Translations under genes and position numbers: made by a program
Shown here: positions 29,329 through 37,957 of the stretch, piece after piece
Layout: every line of letters starts with the position of its first letter
Position numbering within the stretch: position 1 is the first letter of the stretch
Notes under the pieces: generated by a model
The model's input: the letters and a program-made list of their open reading frames with translations, nothing else
Told to the model about the DNA's origin: nothing
Databases searched by the model: none
DNA from: Myxococcota bacterium
Lineage (GTDB): Bacteria > Myxococcota_A > Polyangia > Nannocystales > Nannocystaceae
Assembly (NCBI GenBank): GCA_039028615.1
Contig: JBCCHT010000014.1
Coordinates: 1-64,000, forward strand
DNA length: 64,000 nucleotides
Direction of reading: 5' to 3'

Positions 29329-30827
29329 CCGGTCGCGGCCTCCTCGTCGTCGCCGAACCAGTCGTGCGGCAGCTCGTCGAGATGCACCAGCGTGCGCTCC
29401 CGCAGCACGACCGAGGCCCCACCGGGCGGTAGACCGTCGACGTCGAGCGTGCCGTGCTCGTCGGTCTCGGTCCGTCGCGTGCCCCACGGCGAGAGGACCC
29501 GGACCGGCTGATGGCCGAGCGGAGTGCCGTCATCCAGCTCGATCTGCAGGTGCAGTCGATCGCGATAGACGATGGAGCCCCCCTCGACCCGTCGTCCCCC
29601 GCCCTCGACGACGAACGAGAAGCGAACTTCCTCGAAGGGTCGGTCCCTGCCGAGGTCCCCGGCGTCGACGTACGACGCGGGATGATCCCAGTCGTCGAAC
29701 ACCAGCTCCGCCCGCTGCCCCCCCGACGGCACCGCCTGCTCGAGCACGACCCCATGCCCCTGTTGCGTGACGGTGAAGGTGAGCGGCACGCCATCGGGGA
29801 GCCCCGGCGTCTCGACCGTCATCGTGCGCGTGTCTTCGGCCCGGGCCAGGTCCGCGTCCCAGCGAGCGCTCCAGCGCTTGGCCGAGAGCAACGGAGGCAG
29901 CACGCGTCGGCGAAACCGCTCCCGGTCGTACAGCTCGCAGGTCTGGTGCTGGCACTGCCCCGGACCGGGGTGGCAGGTCATGGCCGGCACTTCGCTGCGC
30001 TCGAAGAGCAGGACCTCCACCCGGCGATTGGTCTGGCTGCAGAACTCGTCGTGGTTCTCGGCCTCTTTGGGATGGTGCTCGCCGCAGCCGACCTTCTGGC
30101 GTGGCAAGACGAACTGCAGCTTCGATCGTAGGGCCGCGACCCCGGCTGCGTCCTCCCCCAGTTCCTCGCGCAGCGCATCCTCGTAGCAGTGGAAGTAGGC
30201 GCGCCAGGTCTCCTCGTTGCTCGCCGCTCCCCACGGGGTGACCTTGGCCGCGTCGCGACTGCCCGGACCCCGCTCGTTGTAGGCCTTGCGAAACTCGTTC
30301 ACCGCACGCTGCGTGGCATTGCCGTGCTGGTCGTCGATGCCCCCGGGGTCGCAATCCCAGCCATGGGTCTGCGCCAGCCAGGTGAGGATCTGCTGGTAGT
30401 CCGCGACCCGCATGCGCGCCCAGCTGTGGCAGACCTTCACGAACAGGTCGGCGTCCCCCGTGAGCACCGCGGCAACGCACGAGGCTCGCCACTCGGAAAG
30501 CTTGATGTTGGACTCGTCGCCCCCCGTGGTGTCGGTATGCCCCGCGACCAGCAGCGAGCGACTCGGGTGTTCCTCGACGACGCGCAGCACCGACGCCACC
30601 AGCCCCACCGCGGTGCGCAGCTTGCCGCTCGCGTGCAGGGCCTTGGGATGCTCGCTGGCGGGCATCATCACCGCCGAGTTGGTGCGAAACAACGCGTCTT
30701 CGAACTCGAATAGCGTAGCGTGCCGATGCCACGCGATGACCACCCGATGCTTGGAGCTGGTGACCAGGTTGGTGACCAGGGGCCCCGGAGCGACGAGCGC
30801 GTCGCGACGTATGGTCTTGGTGCTCAT
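29325..30827 (-). CDS. OmpA-like/peptidoglycan-binding protein with C-terminal transthyretin-like module
   Basis: LLVAGHTDTTGGDESNIKLSEWRA and NRRVEVLLF; inserted PG-binding DPGGIDDQHGNATQRAVNEF; ATGA-coupled start. Confidence 0.85.
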   Translation of the reverse strand: MSTKTIRRDALVAPGPLVTNLVTSSKHRVVIAWHRHATLFEFEDALFRTNSAVMMPASEHPKALHASGKLRTAVGLVASVLRVVEEHPSRSLLVAGHTDTTGGDESNIKLSEWRASCVAAVLTGDADLFVKVCHSWARMRVADYQQILTWLAQTHGWDCDPGGIDDQHGNATQRAVNEFRKAYNERGPGSRDAAKVTPWGAASNEETWRAYFHCYEDALREELGEDAAGVAALRSKLQFVLPRQKVGCGEHHPKEAENHDEFCSQTNRRVEVLLFERSEVPAMTCHPGPGQCQHQTCELYDRERFRRRVLPPLLSAKRWSARWDADLARAEDTRTMTVETPGLPDGVPLTFTVTQQGHGVVLEQAVPSGGQRAELVFDDWDHPASYVDAGDLGRDRPFEEVRFSFVVEGGGRRVEGGSIVYRDRLHLQIELDDGTPLGHQPVRVLSPWGTRRTETDEHGTLDVDGLPPGGASVVLRERTLVHLDELPHDWFGDDEEAATG

Positions 30828-31423
30828 GCGGACAAGGGTCGCGGCGAAGGAGCCCACTCTTCGGGCTGTCGCGTGGGCAGCTCCAGCGTGCACAAGCCGG
30901 GCTCCACGTCGTCGAAGCGAATCAGGCCGTCGTCACCCAGCTCGCCCTCTCGAACGCTCCCGTCGGGCAGGCGGAGGCGATAGGGGCGATTGGTGATCGG
31001 CTGACCGCTCGCATCCACGACCGCGATCTCGATCCACGTCGGGCGCAGGACCTCGACCATCGGCGTGGGATCCTCGTGATCGTCGTTGGCGGGCTCGTCC
31101 CGCAGCAGGTCGACGAGGTTGCCCAGGTCCTCCATGCCGTCGCCGATGGGATGCCGCGGGTTCACGGCGATCGAGCGAGTCGGGCCACGCCCGGCCACGT
31201 GGCGCCCCCGGTCGAGCAGCGCCCCTGCCCCCTCGAGCAGCCCCGGATCACTCAGATCCGCCCCGGAACCCAGCTCGGACTCCACGGACGCCCGCAGCCG
31301 CGCCGCGTCGTGGGGGTCGTCGAGCATCGCTCGCAGCTCGTCCCGCACGTCGTCCGAGCCGCCCAGGCCCACATCGCGGGACGTCGTCTCGTACCAGGGG
31401 CGCAGCTGCAGCGGGGCCATCAC
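30824..31423 (-). CDS. Hypothetical protein with C-terminal transthyretin/carboxypeptidase-regulatory-like domain
   Basis: WIEIAVVDASGQPITNRPYRLRLPDGSVREGELGDDG. Confidence 0.75.
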   Translation of the reverse strand: MMAPLQLRPWYETTSRDVGLGGSDDVRDELRAMLDDPHDAARLRASVESELGSGADLSDPGLLEGAGALLDRGRHVAGRGPTRSIAVNPRHPIGDGMEDLGNLVDLLRDEPANDDHEDPTPMVEVLRPTWIEIAVVDASGQPITNRPYRLRLPDGSVREGELGDDGLIRFDDVEPGLCTLELPTRQPEEWAPSPRPLSA

Positions 31424-31425
31424 CC

Positions 31426-31480
31426 GTGACGTGCAACTTCGACGCGGATCAATTCGAGAAATTTCGCCCGAGGCGAAATT
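31426..31480 (-). promoter_or_regulatory. AATTGATC-N12-GCACGT motif plus AATTTCGCC-CGA-GGCGAAATT palindrome
   Basis: Motif at 31426-31454 is repeated upstream of vgrG (40324-40352); palindrome at 31460-31480. Confidence 0.5.
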
Positions 31481-31529
31481 GCTGTGGCGCGGGGCGGCGC
31501 AGGCTACGCGAACATGGCCTCAAACCAAC

Positions 31530-32252
31530 TCAGAACGGGTCTAAGTCGGCCTTCAGCGCCTCGAGCCAGTCCTCGGGCGCGTTTTCGTAGTGGCGCAAAC
31601 CAGGGAAGCCGCCCCACTCGAGCACCGCCCAGCGCAGGTACGGCACAAACGCCACATCGAGCTCGGCGCAGAACGCATCGAGGCTCGGAGACGCGATGTA
31701 AAAGGCGTAGGGCGGTCCGCCGCTGGCGTCTTCCTTGGTGAAGAGGTCGGGGGAGAACGCCAAGCAGCCCGTGTTCTCCACAATCTCGTCCGCCGCCAGC
31801 ACGAGTTCCTCGACGGGCGCCACGAGCAGGCCGTCGGAGAGGAAGGTGTCGGAGTCGAAGTCGTCGTCCTCCGCCTCGGGGTCGGGCCACTTCGCGCTGA
31901 CCCCAGTCAGGTTCACCGAGCCCACGATCTCGTAGAAGGCCCGCACGGAGGGCGGCAGCGGGCGGCCGGGAAACTCGTCGACGCGGAGCCGGCTGATCTT
32001 GTCGTCGACCTCTTGGAGCAAGGTCGCGACCTTGGGCGACGGGGGGCACAGGGCCGCCGCCGGGTCGTGGAACTCGAACTCTTCGGCTTCGAGGCGCGCC
32101 ACGATTTTCTCGAGGTTGGCGCGGACGCGTCGCATGGTCTCGGCCGCCACCGCCTGGACGTCGGCCACGACTTCGGGCGTCGCCGCGACGTCGTAGATGT
32201 CCTCCCAGACCTCTTGGTGCTCACCGGCCAGATATCGTTCGAGTAGCGTCAT
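31530..32252 (-). CDS. Probable Rhs immunity protein (SUKH/SMI1-KNR4-like)
   Basis: Directly downstream of the Rhs tip; acidic; LPPSVRAFYEIVG and FVPYLRWAV motifs. Confidence 0.7.
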   Translation of the reverse strand: MTLLERYLAGEHQEVWEDIYDVAATPEVVADVQAVAAETMRRVRANLEKIVARLEAEEFEFHDPAAALCPPSPKVATLLQEVDDKISRLRVDEFPGRPLPPSVRAFYEIVGSVNLTGVSAKWPDPEAEDDDFDSDTFLSDGLLVAPVEELVLAADEIVENTGCLAFSPDLFTKEDASGGPPYAFYIASPSLDAFCAELDVAFVPYLRWAVLEWGGFPGLRHYENAPEDWLEALKADLDPF

Positions 32253-32282
32253 GATGCCCTTGGAGTTGCGCCGCGCAGTGTC

Positions 32283-35200
32283 TCAGCTGCTGCCGTCTTC
32301 GGGATAGGTCCACGGAGAACCGGTCTCCTTTTTACGCTCACGGCGATAGTCGTTGAAGTCTTTCTTGTCCCGACGATGCTCCGGGATGGTGTCGCTCATC
32401 GGCGGGTCGGTCGAGGGCGGCCGCGGCCGGCCCGACGTGTCGGTGTTGTTCATCGCCTTCTTGCAGCCCGCGCAGCAGCCCCGGGTGGGCGCTCCCGCGA
32501 CGACCTTCTCCCCTTCCTTCAGCGACCGCGCCCCCCGTTGCTCCGCGTGGTGCTTGGACGATCCCTTGGGATGCGGCTCGGGACTCCGAGTCGGCCGCCC
32601 ATCGGCGCCCTTTTTCATGGGGCGCGGCGGGTCGGGAGCGCGGAACTCTTCGCCCGGCTTCAAGCCGATGGGCTTCGGGGCCTTCTGGTGGTCGGTGGAC
32701 GAGGTGATGACCGCCTTGTTCTTGCCGTCCGGCCCCTTGACGACCTGCACGTGGAAGGTCTCCGAGCTGCCTTTGCGTTGGTTGGCCCGGATCTCGTCGG
32801 CCCGCATCTCGGCGTAGCGCTTGGGGTTGTTCTGGATGTCGGCCGGGTCGGGTGCCTTGGGTCGCGTCCCGGGTTTCTTGGCCCCCTTCGTCGGCCCCTT
32901 GGAGCCCGCCTTACCCCCGCCTTTGCCCGTGTGCTTGGTCAGGCCGATGACGTCCACGTCGAGCAGCGGGTTGCTCGGATAGGCGTAGACGTTCAGGCCC
33001 CCCGCCTGCCCCAGCGGATCGCTCTGCAGATATCGACCGAGGCGGGGGTCGTAGTAGCGATAGCGGTTGTAGTGCAGCCCGACGGAGGCGTCGTAGTAGT
33101 GCCCCGGCCAGCGCAGCGCGAAGTCGATCTCGGCGTCGGCGACCTCGATCTCGCCGTAGGGATCGACGTAGGCCGCCCACCACACGGTCCGGCCCGAGGC
33201 GTCCTCGATCCGCAGCGGTTGACCGACCTGGTCGTAGAAGACCGCGTAGACCCGCCCGCGCTCGGGCTCGTCTTGGAGGTCGTCGTAGTCGACGAACACG
33301 ACCGGCTGCATCGCGTCCGCGCTCGCGTACACGTAGACCCGTAGCCGCCCGTCGGAGCGCAGCTCTGCCGCGAGGCGCTCACCGTCCCAGTAAAACCGAG
33401 TCTGGTCCTCCCCTCGCCCGCACGCCAGCCGGCGGCCCCAGGCGTCGTACGCCGCGGTCCACGGTTCTTCGCCGTCGTCCTCGACGCGCACCAGCATGCC
33501 CAGCGGGTCGTAGTGGTAGCGGGTCGTGGTCTCGCCGTCGTCGCGCGTGGCGAGGTGGAAGCGATCGTCGTAGGTGAAGGTCTCGCCGTTGGCTGCGACG
33601 ATCTGGTTGTCGGCGCCGAGGGTGACGTTGCCAAGCCCCGGCTTGTCCCGCAGGTTGCCCGCCTCGTCGTGCACGAAATCGACGCGCCCCCGCGGGCCGT
33701 CCTCCCCGACCAAGCGGTGCGCGTCGTCGACCTCGTAGCGCGTCGTGCCCCGGATCGAGTCCTCGACCTGCAGCACGTCGCCCTCGGTCGACCGCGTGTA
33801 GCGAATCGTGTCGCACCGCACCTGCCCGTCATCGGTGATGCGTGTGCCGATGCGAACCGAGCAGTGCCCGCGGTCGTCGTATTCGGAGAGCTCTCGGGAG
33901 CCGTTTGCGTGCTCGCGCAGCACCAAGCTGCCTCGATCACGACGAATGGTGTGGGTCCCTCCGGTCGGGTCCACCACGACCACCCCGACGTCGCGCCCCG
34001 TCTCGTCGATCAGCGGCCGGGTCCCGATGGGAAAGCGCCCCAGCACCATCGAGGTCCGGCGTCGTCCGCCGCGGGAATGCTCGATGCCGAGGCCATCGAC
34101 GCGATCGGCGAGCACACGCCCCAGGTGGTCACGCTCGATGTGGACATCGTGCTCGTCGGTCGACACCACGGTGGGGTTGCCGGCCCGGTCGTGCTCGAGC
34201 GTGTGCGTGTGACCGTCGGCCAGAGTGCGGCCGGAGACGAGACAGCGATGGTCGTACGAAAGCTCGACCAGCGCGTCGCCGTGCGCATCGCGAATCTCGA
34301 CCAGGCGATCCTGGGGGTCGTGGATGTGCTCTTCTTCGACCCCGCCCGCGCGACGGATGCGGATCAGCCGGTCCTGCGCGTCGTAGTCGTAGTGAGTCTC
34401 GTTGCCGAGCGGATCGGTGATGCAGGTGACTTCTTCGCGCGGCGAGTAGGCGTACCCGACGGTATGGCCCAGCGGGTCGATCTCGGCCGTGATCAGGTTC
34501 CAGCGCTCGGTCTTGCGCTCGTAGACCTTGCCGTCGGCATCGCGGTGACGGATGGCGTGCTCCGAGTGGCCGTAGTTCCAGCGATGGACCCGCCCCGCGG
34601 CATCGCGGCGCTCGATGAGTCGACCCAGGCGGTCGTAGTGCTCGGCCACCGCGGCCACGGAGTGCCCCGGGTCCCGCAGGCGAACCAGGCCTCGAGCCAC
34701 GCCCTGTGCCTCGGCCGGCAGGTGCTGGAGCAGCCGCGGGTCTCCGCCCAGCGTGGCCTCGTCGGCGGGAACGGGCCCGACCTCGCGCTGCAGCGGAGTC
34801 TCTGGCCACGCGGGCGCCATGGGGTCGGCGGTGAACGGAGCCTCCCACTCGGTCGGGAACCGGTTGCCGAAGCGATCGACGCGCTGGAAGTGCGCACCGT
34901 CGTCGTCGTACAGCCAGGTCATGGCGCGGCCGCCCGCGTCGACTTCGCCCACGATCCGTCCCTGGTCGTCGACCTCCCAGGTCTCGACCCCGCCGTCGGG
35001 CAGCACCCGCTCGGTGATGCGATGGTTCTGGTCGTAGCGCAGGACGAAGCGCGCGCCGTCCTGCAACAGGTGCGTCTCCCGCTGTTGCGGGTGGTACTCC
35101 ATGCGGCACGCCCACAGGCCATCGCGCCCGCTCGTCTCCACACAGCGGCCCTTGGCGTCGTAGGCCCAGGTGTACTCGTAGCCGCCGGGGTCTTGGCGGC

Positions 35201-36530
35201 GCGTCATCAACCGTCGCGCATCGAACTCGTAGCCCGACATTCGCCGCTCGGCGTCCATCGAGCGCATGAGCAGGCCCTGCCGCGCGTCGTAGCCGTAGCG
35301 GACGACCGCTTCGATCCCGGTGTCCGCCCGACGCCACACCGCCACGAGCAACCCCTGCGAGTCGTACTCGAGCGAGAACACGATGCGCTGCGCCTCGGGC
35401 CAGCTGCGGTCCCGCTCGATGAATCCGACCAGGCGCTGCTCGTCGTAGCGCAGCTCGAGGTCACGCGAGCCTTGGTGCACCGACGACAGGTACGCGACGC
35501 CCTGGCGCTGCGTGGTCGGCAGCGCGAAGCGAAGAGTGGGCTTGCCCCGCCGCAGAAGCTCCGCCACATCGGTGCGACCGGACACGAGCCGCAGGGTCAT
35601 GCCCCCGGACTTGGTGCTGCGCCGAGCCGCCGAGAGCGGCTCGAAGTCCACCTCGACGTCTTCGTTGTCGCGGTACCGCCAGGCCTGAGGAAAAAGCTCG
35701 AGCGTCTGCTCGTAGGCGTGGGTGAACCCGTAGCCCAGCGGCCCGAGCCGGTCGCGCTTGGCGGTGGAGTAGTGCCGCGAGAAGCGAAACAGCCCCCCCG
35801 GCTCGACCATGTCGTCGACGTCGAAGAACTGCGCGCCCGTGATCAGGTTGATGGGCTCACCGCCGAGGGTCAGCTTGCCGCCGAAGAGCTTGACCCCGCG
35901 CCCGCACTTGGTGCGCTTGGTGATCTTGAGCTTCTTGTTGAGGAACTTCAGCCCCTTGAGGGCCGGGCCGGCCAAGCCGATGAGCGCGAGCGGGTTGCCC
36001 GTCTTGGCGAAGTTGTACAGCGCGAGCAAGGGTCCCAGCCCCACGCGCCCCGCCAACGCGGTCAGCGATACCGTCGGAGCCCCGCCCACCGTCACGCCGC
36101 TGGGCACCGCCAGCACCACCGTGGTCGGCAAGACGAGGCTCGGCAGCATCGAACGCGGCGGCCGAGGCACGGGCGGCCCGCCCACGTCCCAGCAGCTCAG
36201 CAGCGGCAGCGCCATGTAGCTGAACGGGTCGCCATCCGCCGTCACGCTGGCGCTGCCCATGAACATCTCGGAGTCGTTCGCGGGTGGTTTGACGAAGGTG
36301 CCCCCGATCGGGGTGTGCTCGGGCATCATCTTCGAGCCCGTGCCCGCCACCGCGCGCGGTAGCCCACCGACCTTCACCGTCGCGCCGATGTAGGGCGCCA
36401 GGTCGAAGGGGTCGAAGAGCATGCCCGTATGCGGGTGCGGGACCGGTACGGGCGGCACCGTCCCCGGCGGCTGCACGATGTGCACATCGACCCCGACGAT
36501 CGGGTCGAGCATCTTGGCCGCGGGCATCAT
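32283..36530 (-). CDS. rhs: PAAR-like/Rhs (YD-repeat) polymorphic toxin with deaminase-like C-terminal domain
   Basis: N-terminal PAAR-like region (DPIVGVDVHIV...GSASVTADG), GEPINLITG, YD repeats, LHYNRYRYYDPRLGRYLQSDPLG, NPLLDVDVIGL; tip HHAEQ...PTRGCCAGC. Confidence 0.93.
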   Translation of the reverse strand: MMPAAKMLDPIVGVDVHIVQPPGTVPPVPVPHPHTGMLFDPFDLAPYIGATVKVGGLPRAVAGTGSKMMPEHTPIGGTFVKPPANDSEMFMGSASVTADGDPFSYMALPLLSCWDVGGPPVPRPPRSMLPSLVLPTTVVLAVPSGVTVGGAPTVSLTALAGRVGLGPLLALYNFAKTGNPLALIGLAGPALKGLKFLNKKLKITKRTKCGRGVKLFGGKLTLGGEPINLITGAQFFDVDDMVEPGGLFRFSRHYSTAKRDRLGPLGYGFTHAYEQTLELFPQAWRYRDNEDVEVDFEPLSAARRSTKSGGMTLRLVSGRTDVAELLRRGKPTLRFALPTTQRQGVAYLSSVHQGSRDLELRYDEQRLVGFIERDRSWPEAQRIVFSLEYDSQGLLVAVWRRADTGIEAVVRYGYDARQGLLMRSMDAERRMSGYEFDARRLMTRRQDPGGYEYTWAYDAKGRCVETSGRDGLWACRMEYHPQQRETHLLQDGARFVLRYDQNHRITERVLPDGGVETWEVDDQGRIVGEVDAGGRAMTWLYDDDGAHFQRVDRFGNRFPTEWEAPFTADPMAPAWPETPLQREVGPVPADEATLGGDPRLLQHLPAEAQGVARGLVRLRDPGHSVAAVAEHYDRLGRLIERRDAAGRVHRWNYGHSEHAIRHRDADGKVYERKTERWNLITAEIDPLGHTVGYAYSPREEVTCITDPLGNETHYDYDAQDRLIRIRRAGGVEEEHIHDPQDRLVEIRDAHGDALVELSYDHRCLVSGRTLADGHTHTLEHDRAGNPTVVSTDEHDVHIERDHLGRVLADRVDGLGIEHSRGGRRRTSMVLGRFPIGTRPLIDETGRDVGVVVVDPTGGTHTIRRDRGSLVLREHANGSRELSEYDDRGHCSVRIGTRITDDGQVRCDTIRYTRSTEGDVLQVEDSIRGTTRYEVDDAHRLVGEDGPRGRVDFVHDEAGNLRDKPGLGNVTLGADNQIVAANGETFTYDDRFHLATRDDGETTTRYHYDPLGMLVRVEDDGEEPWTAAYDAWGRRLACGRGEDQTRFYWDGERLAAELRSDGRLRVYVYASADAMQPVVFVDYDDLQDEPERGRVYAVFYDQVGQPLRIEDASGRTVWWAAYVDPYGEIEVADAEIDFALRWPGHYYDASVGLHYNRYRYYDPRLGRYLQSDPLGQAGGLNVYAYPSNPLLDVDVIGLTKHTGKGGGKAGSKGPTKGAKKPGTRPKAPDPADIQNNPKRYAEMRADEIRANQRKGSSETFHVQVVKGPDGKNKAVITSSTDHQKAPKPIGLKPGEEFRAPDPPRPMKKGADGRPTRSPEPHPKGSSKHHAEQRGARSLKEGEKVVAGAPTRGCCAGCKKAMNNTDTSGRPRPPSTDPPMSDTIPEHRRDKKDFNDYRRERKKETGSPWTYPEDGSS

Positions 36531-37942
36531 GCGTCCGGCCCTCCCGTGGGCGAAGGCTCCGAAAGCTCTGGCGGCACCGTCTCGACCGGGGGCGGGTTGC
36601 TCTCCAGCGGCGACGGCTCGTTCGGATTCACGTCGTCGGGCGGCTCACCCGGCCGAGCCTGCTCGCGCCAGGCCGGCCCCAGCAGCCGCGTCATCTCCCG
36701 CTCCACCACGGGGGCCTGGCCGCGGCGACTTCGGTGCTCGCACATGCGCAGCATCGCCTCGCCCACGAAGGCCAGCGTGGTGGTGCTGCGATCCTCCTGC
36801 GGAATGCGGTCGCCGATCGCCAGCGCAGCCACGCTCTGCTCCCATGCCGCATCGATCTCACCGCGTTGCTCGTTGCAGTAGGCCGCCATCCGCTGGGTCT
36901 CGAGCTGCATGCGGAGGTCCCCCATCGCCTCCGCCACGGGCCGTGCCTGCTCCCCGTAGATCTCTGCCCCCAAGGGCCAGCTCGCCGTCGCGACGCACAC
37001 ACTGCCCGAGCCGAGTCGGGCCTGGAGCATCAGCTGCAGCCCCCACCGCTCCCCCGCATCATGGGCATCGCGCGCGATGACGTCGGCTCGACGATAGCGC
37101 TCCATCGCCTCCGGGTACTGCTGCACCCCCACGTGGCCGCTGGCCAAGGTGGTATGCGCGGCCACGACCAGGTGGCCCCAGCCCTGCGACTGAGCAATGG
37201 CCACCGCCCGATCCGCGTGCGGAACCGCGGCCGCGATGTCCCGGCGCCCCATCGCGTTGCCCATCTCCAGGTACGCCTGCCGGAACTGCCCCGGAGGGTC
37301 GTCGACCCCCGCCTCTTCGTTGAGCTCGACCAGGGCGCCCGGCATGTCGAGGTCGGCATCGACGGTATGCACCTGCGGTGGCGGCGAAAGCTCGTGCGCC
37401 ACCGGGAACGCGATGCGCTCGGCCAGCACCAAGCGCAGCGAGGGGTCGTCGAAGGCCTGCACCGCGTCGTTGAGCCACGTGGTGAACGCGGCCCGATCGG
37501 AGACGCTCTTGGGATGCAGCAGCAACGACAGGTGGCGCAGCAGCGGCTGATGGTGCTCGTGAAACGACGCCGCCGTACCGCGCAGGTAGGCGATGTCGAG
37601 CGGCCCCTGGTTTGGCGACCGCGGAGGCGGAGGCGGACCCCAGCTCGTATCGGCCATGCCCGCGGCGCCCAGCGGCTCGCGCAGCGCCTCGTAGAGCTCG
37701 GCGATCTCGGCCACCAGCGCCATGCCGTAGCGCCCTGGATCCTCGAAGGGACTGTCGAGCAACAACAGCAGGTCTTCGGTCTGCCCCTCGATGGCCTCGA
37801 CCTGCACGAACGCATCGAGCATCCGCCGCTCGTCCTCGGCCAGGCGCCAGCGCAGCAAGCGTGCCTGCTCGTCGGACACGAACGCCATGTACTGCTCGCG
37901 TAGCAGCCCCAGGCGCCGCTCGATGGGATTTGGCTCGGCCAC
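36527..37942 (-). CDS. Helical/TPR-like accessory protein between vgrG and rhs
   Basis: 471-aa ORF with TPR-like C-terminal half; ATGA overlap with rhs. Confidence 0.75.
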   Translation of the reverse strand: MAEPNPIERRLGLLREQYMAFVSDEQARLLRWRLAEDERRMLDAFVQVEAIEGQTEDLLLLLDSPFEDPGRYGMALVAEIAELYEALREPLGAAGMADTSWGPPPPPRSPNQGPLDIAYLRGTAASFHEHHQPLLRHLSLLLHPKSVSDRAAFTTWLNDAVQAFDDPSLRLVLAERIAFPVAHELSPPPQVHTVDADLDMPGALVELNEEAGVDDPPGQFRQAYLEMGNAMGRRDIAAAVPHADRAVAIAQSQGWGHLVVAAHTTLASGHVGVQQYPEAMERYRRADVIARDAHDAGERWGLQLMLQARLGSGSVCVATASWPLGAEIYGEQARPVAEAMGDLRMQLETQRMAAYCNEQRGEIDAAWEQSVAALAIGDRIPQEDRSTTTLAFVGEAMLRMCEHRSRRGQAPVVEREMTRLLGPAWREQARPGEPPDDVNPNEPSPLESNPPPVETVPPELSEPSPTGGPDA

Positions 37943-37957
37943 CGAGTTCTCCGCTCC

